Shown one piece after another: positions 38,400-50,935 of a DNA stretch of 64,000 bases. Numbering within the stretch: the stretch's first letter is position 1; every line of letters begins with the position of its first letter. Location of the stretch: NCBI RefSeq assembly GCF_006345805.1, contig NC_042999.1, positions 155,744,001 through 155,808,000 of the forward strand. Reading direction: 5' to 3'. A model generated the notes under the pieces. The model was not told the DNA's origin. It saw only the letters and a list, made by a program, of their open reading frames with translations, and did not search any database. The stretch is from Octopus sinensis (Eukaryota). Position numbers and translations under genes: made by a program.

Positions 38400-39660
38400 C
38401 TGACTTGTCGAAATCCCACACATTCTATGCTAAAGTATCCCTGACAGCACCTACTTCATTCTTGACCTTTGAAAAACAATTAGACCAGTGACTGAGATCA
38501 TCTCTCAATAAGCATGACTGCCTACATTCCACACCCAACGCAAGCTCCAGTGACCCCAAGCTGTTCATCTATAACTGCACTGCAGCAGTCCAGGAATAAC
38601 TCAAAGCTTATAATGTTTGTAGAGAATGTCTGCTTACAAACTGGATTGTTTTTATCAAAAGGATGCTTCTGTACATCAAACAGACCTTGAAGCATCCCCA
38701 TCTCCAAAACTACAGCCAAATGTTTTGGTCCTTTGCTAAAGAGATTTCCACTGACTGGAATTCTCTTTTCTTCTACTTCTCAAACATGATAGTTCTGCGA
38801 GGCATTCACTGTCCACTTTACATCTATCGTCACTACATTGTACACACTGGGTAAATATCTTACAAAACCATCTCCTTCCACTCAACCAGGACTGATGATG
38901 ATGATGTACACCTATATGCCCAATATGAAAATAACTGCTTCCTTTGAGCCAATAAGGCTAATTATGTTTCTGTTACATTTAAATGATGTACCCCAAACCT
39001 AGTCTCTACTCAAACTCTTCTATCATTCTATCTCTCTCTAGAGGCATATATCCTGATCTTCGGAAGCGTGTTAGTGTGACCCATTGTCAAGAAGGGCAAC
39101 CCTTCTGACCATACCAATTGTTGTCCAGTCACACTCACCTTGAATGTCATCAAAAATACTGGAAACAGCTGTTAAGACTATTCTCCAACTCTTTCAATCT
39201 CTTTCTTCATCCTTAATGACCACCAGAACAGCTTTCATAAAGCTAGATCAACAGAAGACCTATTGTTGTAGGTCACCCACAGGTAGGCTCTCACCTACAG
39301 AAACTTTGGTAAAGGTAACATCACTGCCTTTTGACATCAGCAAAACTTTCAATCATATGTTATGGATTAAACCTCATGAAAACAGCACATCTCTTGGTTC
39401 CATCTACCTCTCATGTCTTAGTGCAGTCTGATAGGAAATTTTCAGTCTATGCTGATTGGGCTCTGCCTGACCTGTACAATCAACAATTAAGGTTTCCGGA
39501 GTTTGGTTCCGTCTCGTACCCTTCCTCTTTTATAACAATGACCTACTTGTTACAACCTCCTGTGTTGATGGGGGTTCTGTCTGATACACACAACCAACAA
39601 CTACGATCCTTAAGGTCAGCGCTGGTGAGGGTCCATTAGCCTTGTTGAGAACATGACAAC
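38400..39660 (+). mobile_element. Old CR1/L2-superfamily LINE, endonuclease-RT linker and RT remnants
   Basis: Broken frames give FWSFAKEIS, PI.KKGNPSDHTNC.PVTLT, SKILETAV, LNDHQNSF.KARST and FDISKTF, which resemble RT domains 0-3. Confidence 0.6.
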
Positions 39661-39914
39661 CTTTTAAGAGCTGGTGGAGTTGATGCTATGAAAACTGTAT
39701 CCAGTACACTGTGTAAAGTGTAAAGAGGTGTATTTCCAAGTAACTCATCATATGACTGGTAATAATCTAAAAATGATTTTAACTCAGAGTATTTGAACTA
39801 AATACAGATCAATAAATTTAGATGTTAAGATCTTTAGCAAGGTTTAGTCAGATAAAATATTGGGGGGGGGGGGTACAGAAATCAGAAAATTTAGAAAAAA
39901 ATTTAACTACTTAC

Positions 39915-39980
39915 ATTTTCATCCACAGAATATGTTAGCTCACCATCATCGTAAAGAACAAAAAATCTCCTCTGCCATCT
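39915..39980 (-). CDS. MPRIP: Coding exon of an MPRIP/outspread-like PH-domain protein ([22 protein letters not shown])
   Basis: Minus strand reads ttttttgtttctttag|AGATGGCAGAGG...GATGAAAAT|gtaagt; 66 nt, phase 0/0. The peptide matches the start of the first PH domain of MPRIP and Drosophila outspread (KWQRRFFILYEHG / [20 protein letters not shown], from memory). TRIOBP is the vertebrate paralogue. Confidence 0.92.
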
Positions 39981-40939
39981 CTAAAGAAACAAAAAATGAC
40001 AAATATTAGCATCACCAATAATGGTTTTAAAAAAAAAAAAAGGACATAATTAGTAAAAAGAGATTAATATTTTCCACCCTTTTAAGTACCAACCTACCAA
40101 AGACCACCCTTGGTTCTGGGATACGTATTTCTGGGATTAGTGTGATCTAAAAACCTTCCACCAAAAATTACACAATTTTGAAAATGAAGAATTTGTTAAA
40201 GTAAATTGAAAGAGTATCACAGACAGAAATAAGATAATGAAAGGATTAAAACAGCTGAAAGAAATGAAAGGAGCAGCAATGAGAAGCCATAAAGTTTAAT
40301 AAGAAGACCAAGTAAATAGTGGTGGTACAGAAAATACTTGGCTGGCATTTCAATTGCTTCCAATGTCTTTATATAGAATCGGCAAAGGGAAGAGTCTCAA
40401 AGGGGTTACTTGACCAGCTAGGAATAGCACATAAATCTCTCGGAAATCATACACTACTATCTTAAGAGGATGGGAGACAACATCAGATAATGTACTGGTA
40501 GATGATGTCCTGAAACAAAATGATAACAACAACAAAGAGTATAAATACACACATGCACTGGTTGTATTTCACTTCTTTTATTATATTATTTATATTTCAC
40601 CAAGGTCAACTTCGCCTTTCATCATTTCGGGGTCAAAGAATCAGCTGTGCATTGTAATTGACTTAACCACTCATCCTAAAATTGGTGGTCTTATCCCAAA
40701 ATTTGAAAGTATCATTAATCAACTAGTTATCTAATTAACCAGTTAATTAATCAATGGTTTGATTAATCATCCAATCAATCTAATTACTGTCCCCATTTAA
40801 TCAGCACCCAAACAGCTGTACCCAATTTTCTCATTCCAAAGTGGTTGAGCATAGGAAATTGAACTTTCACTTTGAATGCTCACACACCATCTCTGCTTCA
40901 CAAAATTAAGATTGTCCTAAGAAAAGTCTACAACTAGAC

Positions 40940-41188
40940 AAATATTTACATTATTTACAATAGGCTGATAGGTGTCCTCACCTTGTTTGTTGTTACCACA
41001 ATGAATTGGCTGATGTATTCTCCAGCCTTCATCAGGTAGAATTTAAAATCCAACCCTTTGACTAAAGGAGTACGCTGTTCTCATGTTATTTTTTTTCTGT
41101 TGATATTATTTCCCAAGTCCCTGCCTGGGATTGTACTCTGAATCCGTGGGTTAGTAGCCTGCACTCTTATCCACTATGCTATATGCTC
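40940..41188 (-). mobile_element. tRNA-headed SINE with a Penelope-type tail containing a degenerate hammerhead core
   Basis: Minus strand: GAGCATATAGCATAGTGGATAAGAGTGCAGGCTACTAACCCACGGATTCAGAGTACAATCCCAGGC (A box, anticodon-like loop, degenerate B box), then CTGATGA-A-GGCTG(gagaatacat)CAGCC-AATT with the G of GAAA missing. Confidence 0.55.
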
Positions 41189-41389
41189 GTAGGCAATTCT
41201 AGAGTGGTTTTTGGGCTTATCATCCAATTATTTTTGTATCTTTCCTTAATACTGGTTCCTATATTACACTCATATCTGCACTAGCTCTGCTTAGGAGGTT
41301 ATTTTGTCCTAGCATATGAGCTGCTTCTTTTTAATTTTCATATTTTCCAGTGGTTTTGCTGTTTATCATTTTAATCTCATCCCACAGGG

Positions 41390-42127
41390 CAAGGTGGTCT
41401 CTGTGTGGAAGAGGTAGACCCAGGAAGACATAGGATGAGGTGGTGAAGCATGCCCTTTGAACATTGGGCCTCACAGAGGCAATGACAGGAGGCCAAGACT
41501 TTTGGAGATATACTGTGATTGAGATGACCCAGTAACTAAAGTGAAATTGCAGCTATGCATGTCTGACCCAGTTAAGAGTACCTCATGCATTGTGTGATAT
41601 ATGCTTAAGACCTGTTGAGTCAAGTAAAACCAAAATCATAGCTGTGGCCAGTGCCCCCTGACTGACTTGTGCAGGTGGTATGTAAGAAGCATCATCTAAA
41701 TGTGGTCAATGTCAGTATCCACTGACTGGCTCTCATGCTGGTGGAACATAAAAAGCACCAACCGAACGTGGTCGATGCCAGTACCCACTGACTGGCTCCT
41801 GTGCTGGTGGCATGTAAAAAGCAAAGGAACCATTAGACTCTCGAAGTGGTTGGCATTAGGAAGGGCATCCAGCTGTAGGAACATTGCCAGAAAAGCACCA
41901 ACCGAACATGGCCGATGCCAGTACCCACTGACTAGCTCCTGTGCCAGTGGCATGTAAAAAGCACCCACTACACACTCAAAGTGGTTGGCATTAGGAAGGG
42001 CATCCAGCTGTAGGAACATTGCCAGATTAGATTGGAGCCTGGTGCAGCCACTGGCTCTCCAGACCTCAGTTGAACCATCAAACCCATGCCAGCATGGAAA
42101 ATGGATGTTAAATGATGATGATGATGA
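41390..42127 (+). mobile_element. RTE LINE 3' fragment with internally duplicated 3' UTR subrepeats
   Basis: gaagaggtagacccaggaagacataggatgaggtggtgaag (GRPRKTW-like), then two AGGAAGGGCATCCAGCTGTAG blocks and a GAT tail. Confidence 0.75.
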
Positions 42128-42432
42128 TTGGGTATACCCAATTTTTCAATATACCTTCATATCACAGCTTTACAATGTTCCTCTACCCTTATTCTGTTTT
42201 TTTTTAAATATTGAATAGTATTATGACAAATATTTACTAGAAAAGAAAAAAAAAAAAAAAGAAAGAAAAACCCATCCAAATTCTTCTCATTAGATTCCAT
42301 TCATATCCTTGCTCAAGTCCTTTTTATTTTCTTACCTCCAACTTAAAAACTAGTCTGCTTCTTTGTAACTTAAGACTGCTGAAGTGCTTAAGCTGTTTTG
42401 TTAATGAAACAAGTTATTCACCTCCCAACAAT

Positions 42433-42471
42433 TATATATATATACACACACACATACACACACGTACATAT

Positions 42472-42516
<45 letters not shown>

Positions 42517-42521
42517 TACAT

Positions 42522-42552
<31 letters not shown>

Positions 42553-43004
42553 TACATACACACACATATATACACATATACATACATACACACACACACA
42601 TATACATACATACACACACACACACACACATACATACATACACACACACATACATACACACACACATATACATACATACACACACACACACACATATACA
42701 TACATACACACACACATACATACACACACACATATACATACATACACACACACACATATATATATACACACATACACACATATATATATATACACACATA
42801 CACACATATATATATATACACACATACACACATATATATATACACACATACACATATATATATACACATACACACACATATATATACACATATATACACA
42901 TACACACACACACATATATATATACACACACACACACATATATATATATACACACATATATATACACATACACACATATATATACACATACACACAATGT
43001 GTAT

Positions 43005-43037
<33 letters not shown>
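42433..43037. repeat. 600-bp compound (TA/CA)n microsatellite
   Basis: Direct inspection; explains the overlapping C/V/Y/M/H/T-rich ORFs. Confidence 0.97.
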
Positions 43038-43039
<2 letters not shown>

Positions 43040-43322
43040 GCCTAACCTGCATGTAATGTGGATACATTGCATAGCAGACATTTTTACCTGTGATGTGTAC
43101 ATATGCAGTCATGTGTATAGTATACATGACAATGCCACTATGTACACATGGCATATGTAAGGAAGGAAAGAATGAAGGAAGGAAGGAAGGAAGGCACAGA
43201 GAAAGTAACAGATACCTATGCAATGCCTAGAGTGTTTCTATTATATGCGATGCATTGTATTTTAAGAATGAAAACACCATTAATAGAAATGTTTGTTTGT
43301 GTGGGTGTCTTTTGTCATCTAT

Positions 43323-43976
43323 CTTTTACTTATTTGTGATTAGACTGTGGCCATGCTGGAGCACTGCCATAAATTTTTTTAGCTGAATGAACTAACCTCA
43401 GCATTTGTTTTTTTTTTTATTTTTTAAACCTAGTCCATTGGTCTCTTTTGCTAAACCACCAATGTTACGGGGTGTAAACACACCAACACCGGTTGTCAAG
43501 CAGTGGTTGGGGATAGACACAAAGAGATGCACACACACACACACACACACACACACAAGAAGGCTTCTTTTAGTTTCTGTTTACCAAATCCACTCACAAG
43601 GCTTTGGTCAACACAGGGCTACAGCAGAAGACACTTGCCCAAGGTGTCACACAGTGGGATTGAACCCGGAACCATGAGGTTGGGAAGCAAGCATCTTACC
43701 ACATCTTACCACTTTTAAGGATCATTTCTTAAGTATGTGTCGCAACGGTATCCGATTCCTTTGATCGGTCAACAACATCACGATGATGCGAGATCGTATT
43801 GAGTCCTAAGCGTGAAGCAGGATCTCCTGTATCGTTTGTTACTCCGCCTTCAATGAATGTGAGGAATCCATTGAAGATCGTTCTTGAGAGGTTTAATAAC
43901 TTCTTAAAGAGGGACTCGATACTTTCTGAGTGATGTTATTTTTTTTTTTCTACTAATCTTACCACACTCCTGCACC
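43323..43976 (-). mobile_element. Family B SINE interrupted in its head by the U3 copy
   Basis: The SINE reads ...aagcaagcATCTTACCAC before the insertion and resumes ATCTTACCACactcctgcacc after it. Confidence 0.85.
43711..43933 (+). pseudogene. U3: U3 snoRNA copy, 5' end slightly truncated, probably a retro-pseudogene inserted in a SINE head
   Basis: Box A GGATCATTTCT (43719-43729), box C' tcacGATGATG (43778-43788), box B aAGCGTGAAG (43808-43817), box C TTGAaGATCG (43871-43880) and box D CTGA (43926-43929) occur in U3 order and spacing. Stems tcac/gtga and tattgagtcc/ggactcgata pair. Flanked by ATCTTACCAC direct repeats. Confidence 0.85.
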
Positions 43977-44087
43977 TGTGTGTGCACAATTACAGGTGTA
44001 CAAGCAAAAGCATAATATTTATGAATATTTCATATGCTGCACACCTAGGTGGAAACGAATAATAAAAACAATATATAATTAATAACG

Positions 44088-44124
<37 letters not shown>

Positions 44125-47100
44125 TAGTAATGAAAGCTTTATGACAAACATTATAGCTAATTAGCTACAATTTCACCATCTGGCTGGAATCCAACAAATG
44201 AGAATGGTAACAATACTAATGGTATTTCAACATGATGGCGCTGGTGTCAGCTGAGGCAATTACCGTAGTAAAGAATGAAAGAAGCTTTGTAATGGTGACA
44301 ATAAGAACAATTCTGATAATGGTGAAGATTATGGAACAAGGGAAAGCAATAAAACATTTGTTTCGGGACAAAAACTCAATATGGCAAATATCTAAATTAT
44401 GTTTGCCCGTTTGTGGACAGAGGGAAAGTTAACAGGTTTGGCAAGGTTTAGTATTATGGTGATAAGCTTTCGTTAAACAAGTCGCTACTTACATAATCTC
44501 GATTTACTACTTAAACATGGTGAGACAACAATCTGACCGTGTTCAAAATGTTTAAGATGCCTCGATCGGTTGTATTTGGTTATAATTCTAGCCATCATCA
44601 TCATCATCACCACTATCTGTGTGATGGTGCATGGCTTACTGGTTAGTGTATTTGGCTCATGATCATTAGGGCGTGAGTTCGATTCCTGGGAGTGCATAGC
44701 ATCCTTGTGCAAAACACTGTATGTCACATTGCTCCAGTTCACATCATCATCATCATCATTTAGAGTCCGCTTTCCATGCTGGCATGGGTTGGACGTTTTG
44801 ACTGAGGGCTGGGAAAGCCAGAAGGCTGCATCAGGCTCCAATTTGATCTGGCAAAGTTTCTACAGCTGGATGCCCTTCCGAACACCTACCACTCTGAGAA
44901 TGTAGTGGGTGCTTTTACGTGCCACCAGCACGAGGGTCAATCAGGTGGCACTAGCATTGACATGCACATTTATTCTTTACACACACACATCATCATCATT
45001 GTTGTTTCATGTCTGCTTTCCATGCTAGCATGGGTTGGACAGTTTGACTGTAAAAAGCACCCACTACACTCCAAGGGCAGAAAGAGAGAGTTGTTAACCC
45101 TTTAGCTTTTAAACCAGCTATAATATTCTACCTGTTCAAACTGGCCAGATTTGGCCACTCACACCTACACTACAATGTCATCTTTAAAATAGTCAAGTCA
45201 TCAAAATCTCAAAACTACAAGATAATGCATTATTAATTAAAAGCAATGCCAATTAATAAAGCAATATGTTTAACTAAATAATCTGAAAACAGTTTTATCT
45301 TCCACAGAAGTTTTCAACATTTCTTAATACAAAGTGCTGTCTACATCAAAAGTGGTGAAATATAGCATCTTTAACACAACTATTTGCAGTTTACTGCATC
45401 TCACTCTCTTAAAACAAACAAACTCAGCAATTAATTAAATTATTACACATTTAACAGAGATCTCCTTATCAAATATCCCAGTTTCCATAATTTTTCAACC
45501 TAACACCTATCATCGCCGACATCTTCAACTAAAAATAAATCCTGATTAATTATTTTGGGTTTCCTCTTCTCTTTATCATACATGTCAGCACATCAGCGAA
45601 CACTCAAAACAGTTATTTAAATTAGCTTTCTCTCTAGCATCTTCACGGGGAGAGAAAAAAAAAAAAGAAAAAGCTTCTTTCTATTAATGCAATTTCAATG
45701 AATCACAAAAATATTTTTAGAAAAACTATTTTTCTTTCCAGATATAAAGATCCCCCACCTCCCCGCCTCACCCACAAACGAGAATTTTTATGAAAATGGT
45801 GTTTTGCTGCGATTGTTGGGTTCTGTCATGAAAGTTAATGCCAAAAGTTGGTTCCAGAAATTAGAATTTAAAGACAGATTGTTACGGTGCCTAATGCATA
45901 TCAAGAGTTGTTCAGGTGGTGAGGGGACAAACACAAATACACACACACACACACGACAGGCTTCTTTCTGTTTCCATCAACTAAATTCACTCAAACACAG
46001 GTTGGCCTAGGTCTATAATAGAAGACACTTGCCAAAAGTACCACACATGGAACTGAACCTGAAACCATGTGACTACAAGTTTAACCATGCAACCAGTCCA
46101 ATTTGTGCACAATATGTTCATTGATCATCAGTTTAATTAAAAACACTCCATGCTTTTAGAACACTTGTATCCAAACGAAATCATCATCATTTAACATCTG
46201 CTTTCCATACTAGCATGGGTTGGACGATTTTGACTGAGGGCTGGCAAACCAGATGGCTGCACCAGGCTCCAATCTTGATCTGGCAGAGTTTCTACAGCTG
46301 GATGCCCTTCCTAACGCCAACCACTCTGAGAATGTAGCGGGTGCTTTTATGTGCCACCAGCACGAGGGCCAGTCAGGCAGTACTGGCAATGGCCACGCTC
46401 AAATGGTGTTTTTTACATGCCACCTGCACAGGAGCCAATCCAGCATGAACCTTGGGAGGGGCAATTATGCTGGTAATAATAAACACAAGCACTGGTTCAG
46501 TCCTTTATTGTTGTTATTAACGGCTGAGTTACTCCATTAGTCAATTTATCGATCAGCTGTTAGTTTTTCAAACTCATATGTTAAACACTATATCAAACAA
46601 TTAATTGTTCAAATGTTCAGTATTGTTAGTGTTGTCTTTTCTTTTTCTTTTTTTTTGTCAAAATAATTATTTCATCACATTGTTGCAATCTTTTCTTCAG
46701 TGACATGTCTCTCTACTTGGATTCCTGAAGAGATTGCAACAATGCAATGAAATAATTATTTGACAAAAAAGGAAATAACACTAACAATACTGAACATTTG
46801 AATGACTGTTTGACCAAAATGTTCAACATATACTGTGTGGTAAGTAGCTTGCTTATGAACCACATGGTTCCAGGTTCAGTCCCACTGTGTGACACCTTAG
46901 GCAAGTGTCTTCAACTATAGCCTGGGGCCAACCAAAGCCTTGTGAGTGGATTTGGTAGACGGAAACTGAAAGAAGCCTGTCATATATATGTATATATATA
47001 TGCCTGTGTGTGTTTCTGTGTCTGTGTTTGTCCCCCTTCCCCCACATCGCTTGACAACTGATGCTGGTGTGTTTATGTTCACGTAACTTAGTGGTTTGGC

Positions 47101-48175
47101 AAAAGAGATCGATAGAATAAGTACTAGGCTTACAAAGAATAAGTCCTGGGGTCGATTTCCTCGACTAAAGGCAGTGCTCCAGCATGGTCACAGTCAAATG
47201 ACTGAAACAAGTAAAAGAGTAAAAAAACAGCTGATCTACAAATTGGTTGGAGTAACTAATCCATTAACTATCAATAAAAGATCAAACCAGTGCATGTGTT
47301 TATTATTACGGGCATAATACCCCTCCTAAGATTTAATATTTCTTTCAACACACAAATTCACATCAAGAATCTTGAAAACCAAATACGAATACAAAATATT
47401 TAACTAATTTGATGTTAAAGACAAAAAAAAAGAAAAGAAAATTAATTCTAATTTATATAAAACACAAGAAAAATTTTTTTCAGCTGGTTGTATGCAAATA
47501 AACATTTTTCTGAAAATGTAAATAAATACCCTGCCACTAGGATAAAATAAAACAAAGAATAAAATATATAAATACAACCAAACAGCTGATCCTGTCTTTA
47601 TAAATAAAATTTGAAGGGGAAATGCATAAACACACACACAACACGCAATCTATTAAATCTACTGAACAAGTGCCGATAGGTGTCCGTCTTTGGCAATTCT
47701 CATAACATTTGTGAAGAATAGCGTTCTTTGGGTTGTTTTTGTTACACAAATATTTTATTTATGGAAAATGTTATGACAGTGACACGATACTGTCGAGATA
47801 CAACACAGCAGCGTTTAGTTGACAGTTAGTGGCAATGCTGCAACACCAATATGGAACTGGTAGTGCCAACAGAAACGGTAAGTTGAGCCTAGAGTGGAAG
47901 GGGTTTATTATAATGTAATCTGTCATCAGGGAATGCAATAAGGTCATCAAAGGTGACAATCTTGATTTGATGTTAATCATACAGACACAAATAAAAACTT
48001 GGAAATGAGATTTTTAAAGAAAAAAAAATCTAACAGAGCTTATGCCATAAAAATTTAGAAGCTTTGAATTGTATGAAATAATTCCTTTTTAGAATGGTAG
48101 ACCTCGAAGGAGCAAAGGCTGTAATGATGGCATGTAAATATTTATTTTTTAAACCTGACACATATTCTCTTTTTC

Positions 48176-48211
<36 letters not shown>

Positions 48212-48402
48212 GGTTTCGGGTTCAGTCCCACTGCGTGGCACTTTGGGTAGGTGTCTTCTGCTATAGCCCTGAGCCGACCGGAGCTTTGTGATTGAATTCG
48301 GTAGGTGGAAGTTACTGGCGTGTGTGTATGTGTGCGTATAGCTGCTCAGTGCCTCTCTGAAAGAGAGAGAGGGAGAGAGGGATATATGCATATAGGAAAA
48401 AA

Positions 48403-48729
48403 GGAGCACTCCATCGATTGCGACGACAAAGGTCCCAGCTGATAATAATCAACGGAACAGCTTGCTTGTGAAATTAACGTGTAAGTGGCTGAGCACTCCA
48501 CAAACACGTGTACCCTTAACATAGTTCTCGGGGAGATTCAGTGTGACACAGTGTGTGACAAGGCTGGCCCTTTGAAATACAAGTACTACTTATTTTTGCC
48601 AGCTGAGTGGACTGGAGCAACGTGAAATAAAGTGTCTTGCTGAAGGACACAACGGGCCGCCGGGAATTGAACTCATGACCTTACGATCATGAGCCGAATG
48701 TCCCTAACCACTAAGCCATGTACCTTCAC
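48403..48729 (-). mobile_element. Third tRNA-derived SINE family (partial copies at 12375-12570, 44620-44745 and 51100-51240)
   Basis: Minus strand CATGGCTTAGTGGTTAGG (A box)...GAGTTCAATTCCC (B box)...gtccttcagcaagacactttatttcacgttgctccagtccactcagctg conserved central domain. Confidence 0.8.
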
Positions 48730-48779
48730 AATATATATATACAGAGAGAGAGAGAGAGAGACTCACACACATGTAGATA

Positions 48780-49170
48780 AAGTAGATGGAATTTGAGGAA
48801 GAGGGAGACCCAAAAAGACATGGGATGAAGTGTTGAAGGCCAATCTCAAGACACTGTGCTTCATGAAGGAGATGGCAAAGGACCAAGATATCTGGCGCCT
48901 TACTGTACTCAAGAAAACCTGTCCACCACAGCAGAATTGACACTGGTGCTACATAAGCATTTTATGCTGATTTCACATTAAAAGTACTGGTACCAGTACC
49001 ACATAAAAAGCACCCAGTACACTTTGTGGAGCAAGGAAGGGCATCCAGCAGTAGAAACCTTTCCAGAACAGACAATGGAGCTTGGTGTGGCCCCTGACCA
49101 TACCAGCTCTGGTCAAACCATCCAATCCATGCCAGCACAATAAACGGACATAAAATGGTGGTGAGGATGA
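48780..49170 (+). mobile_element. RTE LINE 3' fragment
   Basis: ggaagagggagacccaaaaagacatgggatgaagtg (GRGRPKKTWDEV) followed by the aaggaagggcatccagc 3' UTR. Confidence 0.7.
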
Positions 49171-50507
49171 GGACTTCTTTCAGTTTCTGTCTACCAAATC
49201 CACTCACTAGAACTGGGTCACTCAGTGCTACTGGTAACATAGAATCCAGCACAACCTGTTGTATGGTTGGGTCATTGGCAACTAAACCAGCGGCCCCACT
49301 ATGCTTTCCTGGTAAGGAGGGTTGCTAGAAAGCCAGCAGGACTAAAAACAAGACCTGTGCAAAGGATGAACCACATGTAGGTTCAATGACTATCTAGCAA
49401 TGGAAGACCACTGGGAGTGAGGCACCCCTTAGCTTTTGTTAAAGCATGTCTCTGGAACCCGCTTTGAACCCAGGCTATGCATGCTCTGATAAAGTAGTGA
49501 CTTGGTCAGTGAATCCTCTATGATGGTCAACAATTGACAGCAAGATGAGCTGCTATGGATCCCACAAACCCAAAGTGTGACCCAACTGAAAACAACATGA
49601 ATGTTCTTGCTTTAGTTATTATGGTGTAAAAATAAAAAAAAATCCTTCAGGCAACTATTTGCCGTTAACATCCCACTTACCACAGCCACCACCATTTCTC
49701 TCTCTCCCTCTCCAATTGCACCGAGTTACACAATGTAAGGAACAAAAGATTCCAAGACAGTTGAAAAAATATATTTCTTTATAGATAATTTAAACTTAAT
49801 CTGAGAGTTAACGACCATAGGACAACAATGGCTTGAAAGAACACACTCAGCTGAAAGAGGGCGAACAAATTTTTAAACAATGATCAATAGATTTGACACA
49901 AACACACATACATATATGTGTGTACACACACACACACAGAGGGACACACATGTTTTATTTTATGGTCAGTAGAAAACCAAAGATAAATATATTTCTCTTG
50001 TCTCCCAAAGAAGGAGATTATGAATGAATTGGCTTCTATTATGATAAAGATCTTTTGAAACATGTTCATATTATGAAGAAACAAAGAATGAAAGAAGTTC
50101 TGAAGATTGTAACTTAGCTTTTCATGTCTGCTGACTAGACTAGTCTACACTAAACACACAAAACAGCTACAAAGTAATTCAAGATTCATTGGAGGACTAG
50201 AATAGATAAAAATCCCAAAAAAGGACAACTGAGTGCATAATACAAAGGATGTAGGTTACTAGAGTTGAGCAGAAGTGCGTAGGTAAATTACATAACAGAC
50301 TGTGTGTGTAGGTGAATTATATAATAAACAAGCAGGTTATGGATTGAGTTTATACACTAGTGCACAGAGTCTTTCAGAATGTAACAGTCTAAGGCTAACA
50401 CGAGGGAAACTTGTCCTTGATTTATGTTAGGGAAAATAAAATCAAGCACTGACCCAGAAGGCTCTAACTATAAGGATTAAAGATTAAGTTAATGCTAATA
50501 TCTAATA

Positions 50508-50935
50508 CTAGCAGCATAGCCCAGCGTTGCTTGGGTTTGTTTTTTAGTTGTGCTTAAAACGGCAGACTTTGATGTCGTGTTAACAAAGTTTTGACATAGT
50601 TTCAATCTTTTTTTGAAAAGTAAAAATTTTGCATTATGTTGCTTGTTATTCTCTTTAAGTGAACATTTTTCTGGTTGAAATACACCGAACAATGACGACA
50701 CAGCAGTCAAAAAATCGTAAAAAATAGGGATTTTCAGAAGAAAAATAGCACCTTTTTGATGTGAATAATTTTTGGTTTTAACACGGTCTGATTTGAATCT
50801 TTTCTTTGTACAGAATGAAGAGCAAGCCTTCTTCTATCATACTCTCAATTTTGGTCAACTTGCGCCGCAGGGTCTCGGAGGAGATAGTGTTAGTTGAAGG
50901 CTACCAAACCTGCCACCACACACACGCACACACAA
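50508..50935 (-). mobile_element. Non-autonomous Helitron 3' part; the 5' side runs into a SINE
   Basis: Minus-strand end cccaagcaacgctgggctatgctgCTAG|T is a typical Helitron 3' hairpin plus CTAG. Confidence 0.6.

Noticed and set aside
42398-43223. Long ORFs of 200-260 aa (also 52070-52624, 17568-18479, 18674-19185, 24245-24610)
   Set aside because: They arise from stop-free CA/TA/GA micro- and minisatellites open in several frames at once.
43730-43935. Short open frames on both strands (e.g. SESIESLFKKLLNLSRTIFNGFLTF; RYPIPLI, gypsy-RT-like)
   Set aside because: Fully explained by the U3 snoRNA sequence.
47750-47980. Possible terminal exon IVTFDDLIAFPDDRLHYNKPLPL* or MPRIP N-terminal-like CNK..KCYENC
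   Set aside because: Poor acceptor context and no convincing homology; cannot be supported.
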